The position numbers were made by a program, and so were the translations under genes. 64,000 bases of DNA, taken from assembly GCA_951406725.2 (NCBI GenBank), contig OX597819.1:127968001-128032000 (forward strand). Direction: 5' to 3'. Source of the DNA: Octopus vulgaris (Eukaryota). Of this stretch, positions 14,161-27,985 are shown one piece after another. A model generated the notes under the pieces. It was given only the letters and a program-made list of their open reading frames with translations. It ran no database searches and had not been told where the DNA came from. How positions within the stretch are numbered: the first letter of the stretch is position 1; the number at the start of each line of letters is the position of its first letter.

Positions 14161-14385
14161 TGTTTGTGTGCATGTCTGTGTGTCTGTGTTTGTCCCCCCA
14201 ACATCGCTTGTCAACTGATGCTGGTGCGTTTACGTCCCCGTAACTTAGCGGTTCGGCAAAAGAAAACGATAGAATAAGTACTAAGCTTACAAAGAATACG
14301 TCCTGGGATCGATTTGCTCGACTAAAGGTGGTGCTCCAGCATGGCCACAGTCAAATGACTGAATAAAGTAAAAAGAGTAAGAGTA
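14150..14385 (+). mobile_element. SINE family B, 3' half
   Basis: Matches family B from the internal microsatellite to the tail. Confidence 0.85.
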
Positions 14386-14807
14386 AATGGCAAACATGAC
14401 CACCTCTTCTTCAGAAGGGGACAAAAGCTCATAATTCGTTTCCTCAAACTGATATATTGTTCAGGAAAGGAACTGGTTTATTATCTGGAGGTAGATATTT
14501 TACAGGTTAATCAACGTAATTCAAGAACAGAAAATAATTTATGGTAAATATACGTAAAAATCAATTTGTCAGAAAGAAAGGAATAAAGAGTTAACACGTC
14601 TTGGTTGACAAAAGAACAGATTTTATCGTACACTTAAAACAAAAACTTCAAAACATGAGCGCGTGGACACTGCAAAATATTTACCTGACAGGAAAGAAGA
14701 GCGTTGTTCAACTCCCATCCTGGCAGTCATTTTTATCTCTACTTCTCAATTCCCAACAAAGCGCTATTTGTGAAGGCATATGCGTGCGCATATATATAAA
14801 TGGATAT

Positions 14808-15018
14808 GTGTTGTGACCTCGGGTGTACCGTTGGCGATTTTTTCTCCCTCTGTCTTCCCTTCTCTGGATCTTTCCTTCTCCTATGTTTCCGACGAAGAGC
14901 TCCGCTTGAAACGTTAGACCCTCCTTCTTTACTTCTTTCCTGAGCGTCCAATAATACTATATTTGTTCCACGTCCTCGCGTTGTTGTGTTTATTTTTTGT
15001 GCTTTCTTGTTTGGATTA

Positions 15019-15022
<4 letters not shown>
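14808..15022 (+). mobile_element. Short hammerhead-bearing element, family H1
   Basis: GTTT-CCGACGA-A-GAGC-TCC-GCTT-GAAAC-GTT-AGAC at 14885-14919. 3' end ggattaact abuts (TA)n. Confidence 0.75.
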
Positions 15023-15060
<38 letters not shown>

Positions 15061-15061
<1 letters not shown>

Positions 15062-15217
15062 CTGGTGTAATTCAATTGTTCATTTTGAATTGATAAAAGG
15101 TGGTTTTTTCAAATTTTTATATATATATATATGTTATATTTTTTGTGAAATTTGATTTAGTATTTCTAAATTGAATTTTTCCCTCTAAATTAGGAATAAT
15201 ATTCCCTCAAATAATAA

Positions 15218-15222
<5 letters not shown>
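15061..15222. repeat. (TA)n-embedded AT-rich dispersed element (family of 33775-34072)
   Basis: Reverse-complement homologue of 33775-33930, between two TA tracts. Confidence 0.7.
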
Positions 15223-15277
<55 letters not shown>

Positions 15278-15888
15278 ATATATGTGTATATATATATATG
15301 TATGTATATACACACATTCACAAGTGCATACGCACACGCACACACGCACACACGCATATACATGTGTATGTGCATGTGTGCGTGTGAGTATGGGACTGTG
15401 TGTATATATTATATTTATGCATGTATGAATGTACGATTCTCTTGTAAAAATTCAGGGGGTTATTGCATTAATCTAGAGGTTCACAAGACTATCAAACCTC
15501 AATCATTTCTATCTATTTTCTCGTTCTATTTCATTCAATAGTATCTATCTATTTGTTTGTTGTTATCGTATGATATTTCCACTCTATTGATTCTACGTTC
15601 ATTATACTTTAGCGTTATAGTTTCTCTCCACCCACTTGGCTCTTGCGTGTGATTTCGGAAACATTAATGCAATCTTTTCGCTAATATTATATCGGTACAG
15701 TGTAGTGTTTGTGATTATGTGCTGGGACTTCCAAGTAGGTGATATTGGTAAAGCTCTGTATATATTACTATTACACGTGCGCGCGCAAGCACACACATAT
15801 ATATTTACATGTATACATATATACTTATATATCTGTATGTATTTCTATCTGTCTAACTATCTCTCTCCCCCTCTCTCTCTCTCTCTTT

Positions 15889-15923
<35 letters not shown>

Positions 15924-15972
15924 AAGTACATCATAAATCCGAAAGGGAAGCACACTCTAAGTTGTAAAGCAG

Positions 15973-16048
<76 letters not shown>

Positions 16049-16229
16049 ATATATATATATATATATATATACGTATACATAGATAGATATATATTATATA
16101 TATCATTTACTTATATGTCTGTCTGTAAGTATAATATATTCGAATTTATGTATATATGCATATAGATACCTAAAGACTTATATGCATATGAATGGATATA
16201 TACATATCTGTTTGTGTCTAACTACAATT

Positions 16230-16454
16230 ATATATGTGTGTCTATGTATGCATGCATGTATGTATGCATGCATGTATGTATATATGTATGTATGTATGTT
16301 TGTATGTATGTATGTATGTATGTATGTATGTATGTATGTATGTATGTATGTTTGTATGTATGTATGTATGCATGTATGTATGTATGCATGTATGTATGTA
16401 TGCATATATGTATGCATGTATGTATGTATGTTTGTATGTATGTATATATGTATG

Positions 16455-16488
<34 letters not shown>

Positions 16489-16525
16489 TGTATGTACGTA
16501 CGTATGTATGCATGCATTTATGTAT
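16230..16525. repeat. (TATG)n microsatellite
   Basis: Direct observation. Similar tracts at ~24060-24500 and ~61770-62105. Confidence 0.95.
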
Positions 16526-17085
16526 ACACGCCGCATCCACGCGGACGAGTTTGTAATATATATACGTTTATATACGTGAATCTGTGCATGTATATGTAGG
16601 TATGTGTGTATCTATGCTTTTATGAATGCTTAGAATGTGTGTTTGCGTTTTTTTTTATATTGTTTTTTTTTTCTTTTTTCTTTATATTTGTGAATGAGGT
16701 CGTTTACGATAGTGAATGTGTGCTTGTAAGCGTATAACTGTAATCTATGTTTGATGGCTGACCGAACCAACGCTAGATAAATGTAATCATATTTCGAGAT
16801 ATCGCTGCTGTTATTTTATTATTCCTGCTCGTACGTCATTATTATATTGATGTTTTTAACCCACGATTTAGTGCCAAGGGAGGGATCTGAAAAGCTTTGG
16901 TTAATTTGAGGGCGATTAAAATAGCGCTTCCCTCGACACAACATTTTCATATCGATGTCTTCCTCTATTCCTTCTTCTGTCTTCCCACCCCCTGGACCAA
17001 CACACAAAGACAAATAGACACAGACACACAGACAGGCAGACACACTCAAACACACACAAGCATATGCAAGCAGATTCATATATAT

Positions 17086-17130
<45 letters not shown>

Positions 17131-17171
17131 CACATATTCTTCTTTCCCCTGTCTCTCTCTCTCTGTCTCTT

Positions 17172-17226
<55 letters not shown>

Positions 17227-17427
17227 TATATACTTACATATGCGTGGAAGTCTCCGTTTCAGGTAAATCCAAGAATAAGGTTTCGATTGTTACCTGTCAT
17301 CAAATCCCTTAACTAATGGTCTTGAACGTTACACTCACAGTTTCATTTCTTCCCAGATTTTTCATGTTTCAGAAATAAATATCTAAATGTAAAGATCGTT
17401 TAATTTGCATTCATACATACATGCATA

Positions 17428-17962
17428 CATGGATGGATGGATGGATGGATGGATGGATGGATGTACTTATGAGTGTATGGATGGATGGATGAATGGATAG
17501 ATGGATGGATGGATAGATGTACTTATGAGTGTATGGATGGATGGATGGATGGATAGATGGATGGATGGATAGATGTACTTATGAGTGTATGGATGGATGG
17601 ATGGATGGATAGATGGATGGATAGATGTACTTATGAGTGTATGGATGGATGGATAGATGGATGGATGGATGGATGGATAGATGTACTTATGAGTGTATGG
17701 ATGGATGGATAGATGGATGGATGGATGGATGAATGGATCGATGGATCGATCGATCGATCGATGGAAGGATGGATAAATGGATGGATGGATCGATCGATCG
17801 ATCGATCGATGGACTGATGGATGGATGGATCGATGGATGGGTGGATAGATGGATAGATGGATGGATGGATGAATGGATTGATCGATCGATGGATGGATGG
17901 ATGGATGGATGGATGGATGGATGGATGGATGGATGGATGGATGGATGGATGGACAGATGGAT
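17428..17962. repeat. (GGAT)n tract with ~55-bp higher-order minisatellite
   Basis: gatgtacttatgagtgta recurs five times (~17460, 17516, 17571, 17624, 17680) separated by GGAT/GATA runs. Confidence 0.9.
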
Positions 17963-18510
17963 GGAAAGGGAAACGGAGTGAGAGACAGGGAGCAAACACA
18001 CGGTTTTTGTTGCTGCATTGACGTTGCAAATGCTCGTGACAAGATTGAGGACCTTTCAAAACAACATTTTACTTCTCTCGACAATACAGCTCTTTATGCT
18101 TAACTAACAGACATGAATAGATTTGTGAGAGTGTGTGTTTGTGTGTTTCGCTGTTTATAACAAGCAGACAAAAAGTATTCAATGTAAAATCTAGAATTAG
18201 AGTAAATTTATTCGGTTAATGTTTTATGCAGCTTCTCGTCTTCAAGATCTTTCTGCCGGTCTGACAAGTGCTGATCAGAAATACAAAAGCAAAAAAAAAT
18301 GTTTAAAGAATTCTTGAAAGCCCCCAAACTTCAACCCGGGCAAACGATAGTCAAATGAAATCTTTTTCAGTTAAACAGAAAAGCACATTGCACGAAAAAG
18401 AATACAACTATAGCAAAAGCTTTTCAACTGAAAAATCAGAGCAAAAAAAATGAAAAATTCTCTCCCCAGAAGTACACAGATTCTTCTTTCCCCTGTCAGT
18501 CTGTCTGTCG

Positions 18511-18585
<75 letters not shown>

Positions 18586-18849
18586 ACTGACATAATTGCA
18601 AGTCCAGCAAGCAACAAAGATGTGGGTACAACTATACTTCTGTTAATAGCGAGTTTGGCTTAAAAATTGAGTATTGATTTTCACAGTAGGTCAATTATTG
18701 CCGTTATATTAAATAAAATTGCAATTCAAACGCCAGCAGCACAGGGGTATGCTTGAAAACTGAGATAATGTGTTTCTTTACTCACAGTACCTTCGTATGT
18801 TATGTTTTCATCAATGCCTTGGTAATTATAGATTGTAGGGGACAGGAAA

Positions 18850-20930
18850 GACAGTGAAACCATTGATGCTCAGGTTTAGAGCCTAGGGGACTGATTTTCC
18901 ACACTCAACATTCAAATGCGAACATTTCTTTTGGCCAAAGTCTATTCTTCTGTCATCTGAAAATGTTGTTTATTCAAACTGCTTTTTTTTCTTTGATAAT
19001 GTTAACATTTCCAGTATAAATCTTGACGCCGTTCACAAAGAAATTACGAGCTACATTAATATTTCTAGTATTTGCAGACCCTAGCATGTAGCCATTTGAT
19101 TTTTGTAGCAGGAATGGCGATTTAAAACGAACAGAATTACAGAAAGATTATCTCTTTGAATATTCCTTATGAAATATTTATAACATTGGGGACGATCGTT
19201 CTGCTCTCAGCTTCAAGCGTTAGAATTGTTGCCCAGGTCTCGATGAGAATAATCAATGAGTCAGTCATAGCTGCTAAAAGTAGACCCTTCAGCAGCCGTG
19301 AGTTTAGAATAGAATCGAATACCTTCCTATAATCAAGCCATGCTGTTACAAGGATCTTACAGTATCTTTTCGCTTCAGACAGTACAGCTTTATTTATCAA
19401 AAGTTGTTCCGAATATCCCCACACGCCCTGCTTTCCTTTTGCTTCCTCAACAGTCACAATGTTGTTGGACTCAAAATGATCCTGGAGGAATTGATTGAGT
19501 CAGCTTTTGTTAGTTTGTACATAATGTTTAGGCAAGCAATGGGCCGATAGTTTTCTGCCAACCCGGTGTTTTCCTTCTCGGCTACAGGATTTATCCATGC
19601 TGTAGCAAACCAATTTGGTATGTCAATCCGACCTTCCATAATGCTCTTGAATATACATATCAATGGTTTCCGGTAAAATATCAGTTTCTTGCACCAATAC
19701 TTATTTCTTTATTACCCACAAGGGGCTGAACATAGAGGGGACAAACATGGACAGACATAGGTATTAAGTCGATTATATCGACCCCAGTGCTTAACTGGTA
19801 CTTAATTTATCGACCCCGAAAGGATGAAAGGCAGAGTCGACCTCGGCGGAATTTGAACTCACAACGTAACAGCAGACGAAATACCGCTAAGCATTTCGCC
19901 CGACGTGCTAACGATTCTGCTAGCTCGCCTACCGAATCATTAGGACTCTTCCAGGTACCTTCTCCTTGTGCAGTTTGCCTGCAGCAATGGTGAAAGTTTC
20001 TGGATCAATTACATATGCTTTAATATTGATGTTGGTACAGTATTATCTCCTTACGACATTTAGCCACAATGCATTAAGATTTAAATCCCTCTTTTCGTTC
20101 AACCAGGATGATTCTAGATCTTGAGAGGGGCCTTTCTTAACGGTAATATTCTCCTTCCTCATCTCCCTGTATAATGCCTATGGGTCAGAAACAAACTTGT
20201 GATTTATACACACTCGCTCAAAAATTCGCCTGCGGCAGCGAAGATTTCACGTTCAACGCCCATGAGTTCGTGTTTTTGAGTAATTAACCTGCCTTTAAGA
20301 GTTTGGTGTGAAGAGTCACTATACAGTTTTGTTTATTTATTCATATGAATTAGCGAGGTGTAAACTCATTATTTCTCTTACATTTTATTACCATGATTAA
20401 CCATCCAATATGGCGGCGCAGATAGTTGATGTTTTCTTCAAGCTTTGTTTTCTCTCTAGGTTTCTCCTGTTTAGTAATTTCATTATTATGTATACTGCAG
20501 ATTTCTCCTAAGTGTTCTTGAAGAGTGAGAGCAACTGTGTCTATGAAGGTATTAATATTCTAGTAATTAACATCACATGATTTCATGTGCACTCTAGCGA
20601 CATCGTCTATAACTTTCAACCTTACAGCAGTTGGATTTTTTTCTTAATCTTGTTAAAATGGACTCAGAAAGTTAGGGAACTTTTCTACAAACTGGTTTCA
20701 AGATGTTTTTAAGTTGAGTGTATTCCACAACTGCCTCTGTCCACTCAGCTATTTTTGGAGAGACACGAAAATTTAGTGACTACGACAGTAGTTTGTCTCC
20801 ATTATTTACGATCTCTCTTCTGACATGTTTTGGTCATTTCTCACTGTTTTGAGGAGATCGATTTACATCACAAGAGAAAGCCATTTTCCCCAAAGAAAGG
20901 TCTTGTTGCTGAAGCTGTTTCACCGTAAAG
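18850..20930 (-). pseudogene. R4/Dong-like non-LTR retrotransposon RT relic, interrupted by SINE-A
   Basis: Minus-strand motifs in order: WKSPNDS..YWCKKL (split by the SINE), IPNWF, ENYRPIACLNIMYKL, KG..G.SEQLLINKAV, AWLDYRKVFDSI, GIF.RDNLS. Many stops and frameshifts; outer limits approximate. Confidence 0.75.
19701..19930 (-). mobile_element. SINE family A inserted into the LINE relic
   Basis: Full-length A copy; LINE coding motifs continue on both sides. Confidence 0.9.
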
Positions 20931-21335
20931 GGGATTAAGGTGGGGTGAGCTTCGTCCCAATGATTTTTAACCGCTTCATCTATCCGATAGAAGGGACCCA
21001 ACAGGCGTTTTCATTGCATCGAAGTAGATCTTGGCTTAGATGAAGAGCCCAAGTAAAATGAGAAGAGATCTTACGACTTCTTAAATAGCTTACTGGTGCT
21101 GCAGGGCTGTTTCCATTGATGGCGTTGTTATTAATGTCTGCCATGATCATGCTAGTGGAATTCCACATGGTTTACAGTATACTTTAAAATCCGCTCTGAA
21201 TAACGCTACCTAGGTGTTTCTTTTATTTATACTTAGAGAAATAAATCAATAACTCATTTCGGCTGGAGGAGTCGGTATAAATGTAGAAAGAAACGTTCAA
21301 AAATAAATGATAAACGGTCCTCTAGCCTGCACGTC

Positions 21336-21485
21336 TGGCGAGCTGGCAGAATCGTTAGCATGCCAGGCGATATGCTTAGCGGTATTTCGTCTGCCGCTAC
21401 GTTCTGAGTTCAAATTCCGTCGAGATCGACTTTGCCTTTCAGCCTTTCGGGGTCGATTAAATAAGTACCAGTTATGCACTGGTAT
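21336..21485 (+). mobile_element. SINE family A, 3'-truncated
   Basis: Head through central domain present, tail absent. Confidence 0.85.
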
Positions 21486-21537
21486 CATTTTAATTGTTAC
21501 ACTAGGTAATAATAGAGTCAATAATATACATGATCAC

Positions 21538-21708
21538 GTGCAGGAGTGGCTGTGTTGTAAGTAGCTTCTTTAGAAACCACATGGTTCCGCGTTCAGTTCC
21601 ACTGTGTGGCACATTGGATAAATATCTTCTACTATAGCCTCGGGCCGACCAAAACCTTGGGAGTGAATTTTGTAGACAAGACCTGAAAGAAGCTTGTCAT
21701 ATACATAC

Positions 21709-21763
<55 letters not shown>

Positions 21764-21975
21764 TGTGTGTGTGTGTGTATGTTTGTGTGTCTGTGTTTGT
21801 TCCCCTCCAGTCGCTTGACAACTGATGTTGGTGTGTTTGCATCCCCATAACTTAGCGGTTCGGTATAAGACACCGATAGATAAGTGGTGGGCTTACAAAG
21901 AATAGGCCCTAGGTTAGATTTCTTCAACTATAGCTGATGCTCCAGCATGGCCGCAGTCGAATGACTGAAGCAAAA
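21538..21975 (+). mobile_element. SINE family B, full length (CORE-type), with internal (TA)n(TG)n
   Basis: tRNA-like head GCAGGAGTGGCTGTGT..GTTCAGTTCCAC, CORE-like GTGGCAC.TTGG..AA.T.TCTTCT, internal microsatellite, stem-loop tail. Confidence 0.88.
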
Positions 21976-22075
21976 GAAAAACAATAAAAGTAAAAGAAAT
22001 ATATTTATCTGATCCGTTCTACACTTTTTGCTTAATGCATAGACTTAATTATACCACACACACACATACACATAT

Positions 22076-22159
<84 letters not shown>

Positions 22160-22909
22160 GTATGTATAGATTTGTTTCGAAGTTTATTCCACTATGGCGA
22201 TTGGAAGAAATGCATAGCCTGCACTCACATACATACATAATTAGCAATTGCCTGCGTTATTTTAGCCAACCAAATTTAATTAATATTTTATTATACTGTG
22301 TAATATGGCTTTCGTTCGTTACTGTTAATATATAACTATTGGCGTATGTGCATGTAAGTATGCATATATATATATGTGTATATATATTTACACACACACA
22401 CACACACATATATATATATGAGTGTCAGTGTGTGTGTGTGTGTGCGCACGCGTATATCTAAACAGTTATCTGCATACATAAATACAAAGACACATATTTA
22501 TACAAATATATATTAATCATTCAGCAATCACCCATTTACACAAAGACAAATATGCACGTATGTAGGTGGTAATGAAGATTAACACGGGTAGGCTTATATA
22601 CATATGCTAATAATACACACACACACACTTATTATTCATAGATACGTACATACATACCTGCATACATACATACACACATACATACATGCAACTTACATAC
22701 ATACATACACCTAAGCATGCATACACACTCTCTCCTGAATACACGCAGCTTTTGTGGACACGCATACGTCGTTTCGTTTTGCATAAGACTTTGGTCTGGT
22801 TCCATTGGACAAACATTGTTGATTTTGTTTTAAAAATTTTAAAGAAGAGAAATAGCCATACATACATACATACATACATACATACATACATACATACATA
22901 CATACATAC

Positions 22910-22982
<73 letters not shown>

Positions 22983-23199
22983 AACATATATATTGTTGTT
23001 GTTGTTGTTGGCATCCATTTTGTCTCGGGAGACAATGGAGTTGCGCATAAAGTAGTCTAGTCCGGCTTTTACATTTCATGTCCTGATACATTTCCTGCTG
23101 TGAAATATATGTATATATAAATATGTATATATAAATATATATGTATATCTTTATACACACACACACACACACACACACAACGCATATACATATATATTT

Positions 23200-23415
23200 G
23201 TTTATGTGTGCTTGCCGTCCTACCGCCGCTTGACGCTCGAAGCTGGTTTGTTTACGTCCCCATTATCTAGCGGTTCAGTATAAGAAACCGACAGAATAAG
23301 TATGAAGCTTAAAAAAAAAAGCAAATGTACTGAGAGGCGATATATTCGACTAAACTTTTTCAGGCGGTGCCCCTGCATGGCCGCATCCCAGTGACTGAAA
23401 GAACTAAAAAATAAA
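23200..23415 (+). mobile_element. SINE family B, diverged 3' half
   Basis: tttacgtcccc..gcggttc..gaataagta..ggcggtgcccctgcatggccgca..gactgaaa. Confidence 0.75.
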
Positions 23416-23514
23416 AGATCGATACGTGTTTCTAAAAGCATACAAAAAAACATATACGTACAAGGTAATATGTTCACAATCTTACATACACACACACACG
23501 CGCATATATATATA

Positions 23515-23908
23515 TACTCTCTTTTACTTGTTTCAGTCATTTGACTGTGGCCATGCTGGAGTACCGCCTTTAGTTGAACAAATCGACCCTAGGACCTATT
23601 CTTTGTAAGCCTAGTACTTATTCTATCGGTCTCTTTTGCCGAAACGCTAAGTTACGGGGATGCAAACATACCAGCATCGGTTGTCAAGCGATGCTCGGGG
23701 GACAAACACAGTCACACAAACATATACACACGCATACATATATGACGGGCTTCTTTCAGTTTCCATCTACCAAATCCACTCACAAAGCTTTGGTCGGCCC
23801 GAGGCTATAGTAGAAGACACTTTGCCAAAGGTGCCACGCAGTGGGACTGAACCCGGAACCATGTGGTTGGTAAGCAAGCTATTTACCACACAGCCACTCC
23901 TGCGCCTA
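23515..23908 (-). mobile_element. SINE family B, full length
   Basis: Head end cagccactcctgcgcct at ~23891-23908; complete body and tail. Confidence 0.9.
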
Positions 23909-24158
23909 TATATGCAATTAACTAGATATTCTTTACACACATGTAGACATACGAAGAATTGTGTGTGGGGGTGTGCTTTTGTGTCACGATCGTATTTTGT
24001 ATGTATCATGTATACATACGCACGCGCAGAGGCAGGCAGACAGACATAGATATGAACGTACGTACGTTCGTACGTATGTAAGTATGTATATGTCTATATG
24101 TATGTATGTAGGTATGTATGTATGTATGTACGTATGTACGTATGTATGTATGTGTGTC

Positions 24159-24190
<32 letters not shown>

Positions 24191-24314
24191 TGTATGTATG
24201 TATGCATATATGTCTATATGTATGTATGTATGTATGTATATATGTCTATATGTATGTATGTATGTAAGTACGTATGTATGTATGTATGTAGGTACGTACG
24301 TATGTATATATGTC

Positions 24315-24347
<33 letters not shown>

Positions 24348-24364
24348 GTATGTATATATATGTC

Positions 24365-24396
<32 letters not shown>

Positions 24397-24418
24397 TATA
24401 TATATGTATATAAGTATG

Positions 24419-24451
<33 letters not shown>

Positions 24452-25064
24452 ATATGTTTATATGTATGTATGTATGTTTGTATGTATGTATGTGTGTGTG
24501 TATTGAGTGACCGACTTAGATGAATAGATATGCAGATAGAGGGACTGAGACAAAGAATGAGAGAAAAATAGAAAGAGAAAAGACGGGCGTAGAATGAGAG
24601 GATGGAAGAAATCTGATTCCTTAAATTAAGAATTAGTAATGATTCTGACACGTTAAGGTAAATGTGACACGTGACAGGTCGTCGGCGCCATGTCGAGAAA
24701 GTTTGTACTTATCACATGAAGTATACTAAAAACATTGCTCCCTTAATAAGGACCTATGCTATCTTTTGTGACTGATGCGACTCCTGTTGCTTCGTACGAA
24801 GTTGATGATGGTGTTGATAATGATACGACGGCAAAGAAAGAAGAGAAATTGTAGAACGATGGGCAATTTTATTTATTTTATTTTATTTTATTGTGTATGA
24901 GGATTGCTATTACTTGTATTTCCTTTCCAATATTGTTAATCAATAATTAGTTTTCTAAGCGTATCATAATTTGTAATTTAATTACATTTGGTATATTTAG
25001 TCATTAATCTTTCCCCTGTCTGGTACGAATTTACTGTTTCTGTTGTTGTTGTTGTTGTTGTTGT

Positions 25065-25113
<49 letters not shown>

Positions 25114-25929
25114 ATAGTGGTTGTTACTGTTGTTGTTGACTTACAATTTAAATTGATGATATATTTACTTTCCTGGGGTTGAATATTAACAATCATTGCT
25201 GTTGTTTTTATTTTGTTTATTTTCAAATTTATGTTCTCTTTTTTTTCTCACTGCCGTTTATTCACAAGAAACAAAAAAAAGACATTTTCTTCGGTTATAT
25301 ACTGTTCTTGTTGATGTTCATTTTTTATATCCACAGGTTAGCATTGATCAAGTAGCATTATGTACTACCAGCACTTTCACTCAATTAAAGCAAGGAATAC
25401 ACGCCACTTTCTGAATTTTTCTGGTACCTCAGAGATCAAATCTATGCAAAACAATGAGCATAGACGTTTAAGCTAGTCTTCGATGAATCGCGGAAGTCCA
25501 GGTTTTCATGGTTTGCCATTGTGATATAAAAAATGTCGCTAGAATCTGTTGTCTTATTAAATCTAGAATGTTTGTGATTATAATAGAGATAACGTTGAAG
25601 TTAATTGGCCAATTAGGTCAGATTACATTCTTTTTACATATTCTCCATTAGCGTGGATTGTGTAAGATGTACCTTATGTATACTAATATTTCGTTGATTC
25701 CACGTTTGACTAGTACATGTAGTCCCACTTTACACTAGCTTTATACTGCGCCATATTCGACTATTTCATTAGCCTTGCCCAAAGACAATCGGCTATTGTA
25801 ATGCTCTTCTGAATTCACTGTTTTTACTATATGTGCTTTGTAACCGATCACACATGTATTGTATTATTCACGCATTTATTACCCCGAGGAAACACGGAAT
25901 GGATCAAACATTTTCTCACAAATATATAT

Positions 25930-25970
<41 letters not shown>

Positions 25971-26003
25971 AAGAGAGAGAAAGAGAGATAAAGAGAGAGA
26001 GAA

Positions 26004-26039
<36 letters not shown>

Positions 26040-26049
26040 AATAGATATA

Positions 26050-26240
26050 TTCTTTTACTTGCTTCAGTCATTTTACTGCGGCCATGCTGGAGCACTGCAT
26101 TTAGTCGAACAAATCGATCCCAATAGTTATTCTATCGGTCTCTTTTGCCGAACCGCTAAGTACGGGGACGTATACATACCAACGTCGGTTGTCAAGCGAT
26201 GGTGGGGAAATAAACACAGACACACAAATACATACATACA
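26050..26240 (-). mobile_element. SINE family B, 3' half
   Basis: cagtcattttactgcggccatgctggagcac..gccgaaccgctaag. Confidence 0.8.
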
Positions 26241-26250
26241 TAGGCGTGTA

Positions 26251-26309
<59 letters not shown>

Positions 26310-26689
26310 TGTTTCACTGATTCTTAATTTATCGACCCCTAAAGGATGAAAGGCAAAGTCAATAATAATAATAAACGTGAAATTCATTTGGTTCTTGAAC
26401 ATCTAACATTGGGATCAGTTCTACATGAGGATTTCTTATATGCTAACAGTTGAAAATTCAAATTTTAAAAAGACACCAAGAATATGTGAACTTACAAGGT
26501 TTTCATTTAAACTATATTTAAAGTAATATCAAATTGGTAGGGTAACAATATGCTGGTAGGTACCAATAAATGCTTTATCGTTATCGCATCCTCTAGTTTG
26601 GGACTGCATGCCCTAGTAGCCCCCTGCAGGAGTTACTGAAAAGGAGAATATGCAATGCGGAACTCTTATTTTAACGTGTCGTGTCTATT

Positions 26690-26836
26690 TATCACCCGAT
26701 GAGACACACCTGCACCACTGGATGCTCCTGAACCAGTTGTTGGGTGTCCCATCCGTGAGGGGTCGATGATAGATATGTCGAAACAAATGTTATGATTAAT
26801 AACTTTTCGTATATTCCATCTTTCGTCTTTCATTTA

Positions 26837-26915
<79 letters not shown>

Positions 26916-27072
26916 CATATACATATAAATAGTAAATATATATATATATAGTAAATGAAAGACGAAAGATGGAATATACGAAAAGGTATCAAAATTGACA
27001 ATAGTTTCGACACATCTACCATCGATCCCGCACGGTTGGGACACCCAACAACTGCTTGTTGGTAGTCTCAAC

Positions 27073-27074
<2 letters not shown>
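26690..27074. mobile_element. Tail-to-tail inverted pair of hammerhead-bearing elements (family H2) around a (TA)n tract
   Basis: Arms ~26690-26838 (+) and ~26950-27074 (-) share gttgttgggtgtccca..gtcgaaac..cttttcgtatattccatctttcgtctttcatttac. Each arm has a hammerhead-like core. Confidence 0.7.
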
Positions 27075-27111
<37 letters not shown>

Positions 27112-27934
27112 AGTATTGGAATGCTTACATTTGAAATAAGATATTACTGTTATTAACACTATCTGTGGTGAATATTTTTAACTGATAATAGTAACAATTG
27201 TAGCATAAGCGGTTCCAGGTTTAATAGCATTATAAAGCTATAAAACTAAAAATTAGCACAAAGCTTAGGGATGCGCGAAGCATCAACCTGTTTAGAAATT
27301 GGAGTTCCAATTCAACCGCTGAAAAGCAGCAAAAGTAAGCGAGGGAAACGGATAATGAATTAAGAAATTAAACGGCTCTTTATTCTCCGGGTACGCGATG
27401 AACAGCAATAATCCAAACAAAAATGTATCTATTTATTTTCAATATGCTCTGTCCGAATGTGAATATTTTGACTGCGGTTATTCTTCGTCATCAGAGAAGA
27501 TCTCACTCTAGGCTACACATGTTCATAACACACGTAATAAAATATTTCTAATTTGGTGATTTCATGTATTTGGGCAATTAGGGTGGATGCAAGATATTAT
27601 TACAATTATTGATTCTATATTTCTAACATTCTCATGTTCACTGTGATCTGAAAACATTAAAATTGCTCAGGAATATATTTATATATTCATGACCTCTTAA
27701 ATATATTAAAGATTTTAGACATTACTAGAACATTAGTGTATAAGAGAGAAGTTGCGGCAAGTTCATTCTAGTTTCAGATCAAATCTCTGCTTTTAATCAT
27801 TTCATTTAAGAAATATTTTAGAGTAACTTTAATTATGTACTTGATGGCGTATTATTCGCACATGCATGATTACAATTACATATGTAGTTATTTACATGAT
27901 ATGTATATGTATATTAATGATGATAATAATAATA

Positions 27935-27985
27935 TGGCAACAAACGAATGAATGAGACCTCGATATTATGTAAATAGAGGAATTT
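27935..27985. repeat. Short (TA)n-adjacent dispersed element, reverse-complement homologue of 32680-32740
   Basis: atgagacctcgatattatgtaaatagaggaattt versus aaattcctctatttatataatatcgaggtctct. Confidence 0.65.

Noticed and set aside
17428-17720. CRISPR-like repeat-spacer array
   Set aside because: The spacers are GGAT microsatellite, the context is eukaryotic, and there are no cas genes.
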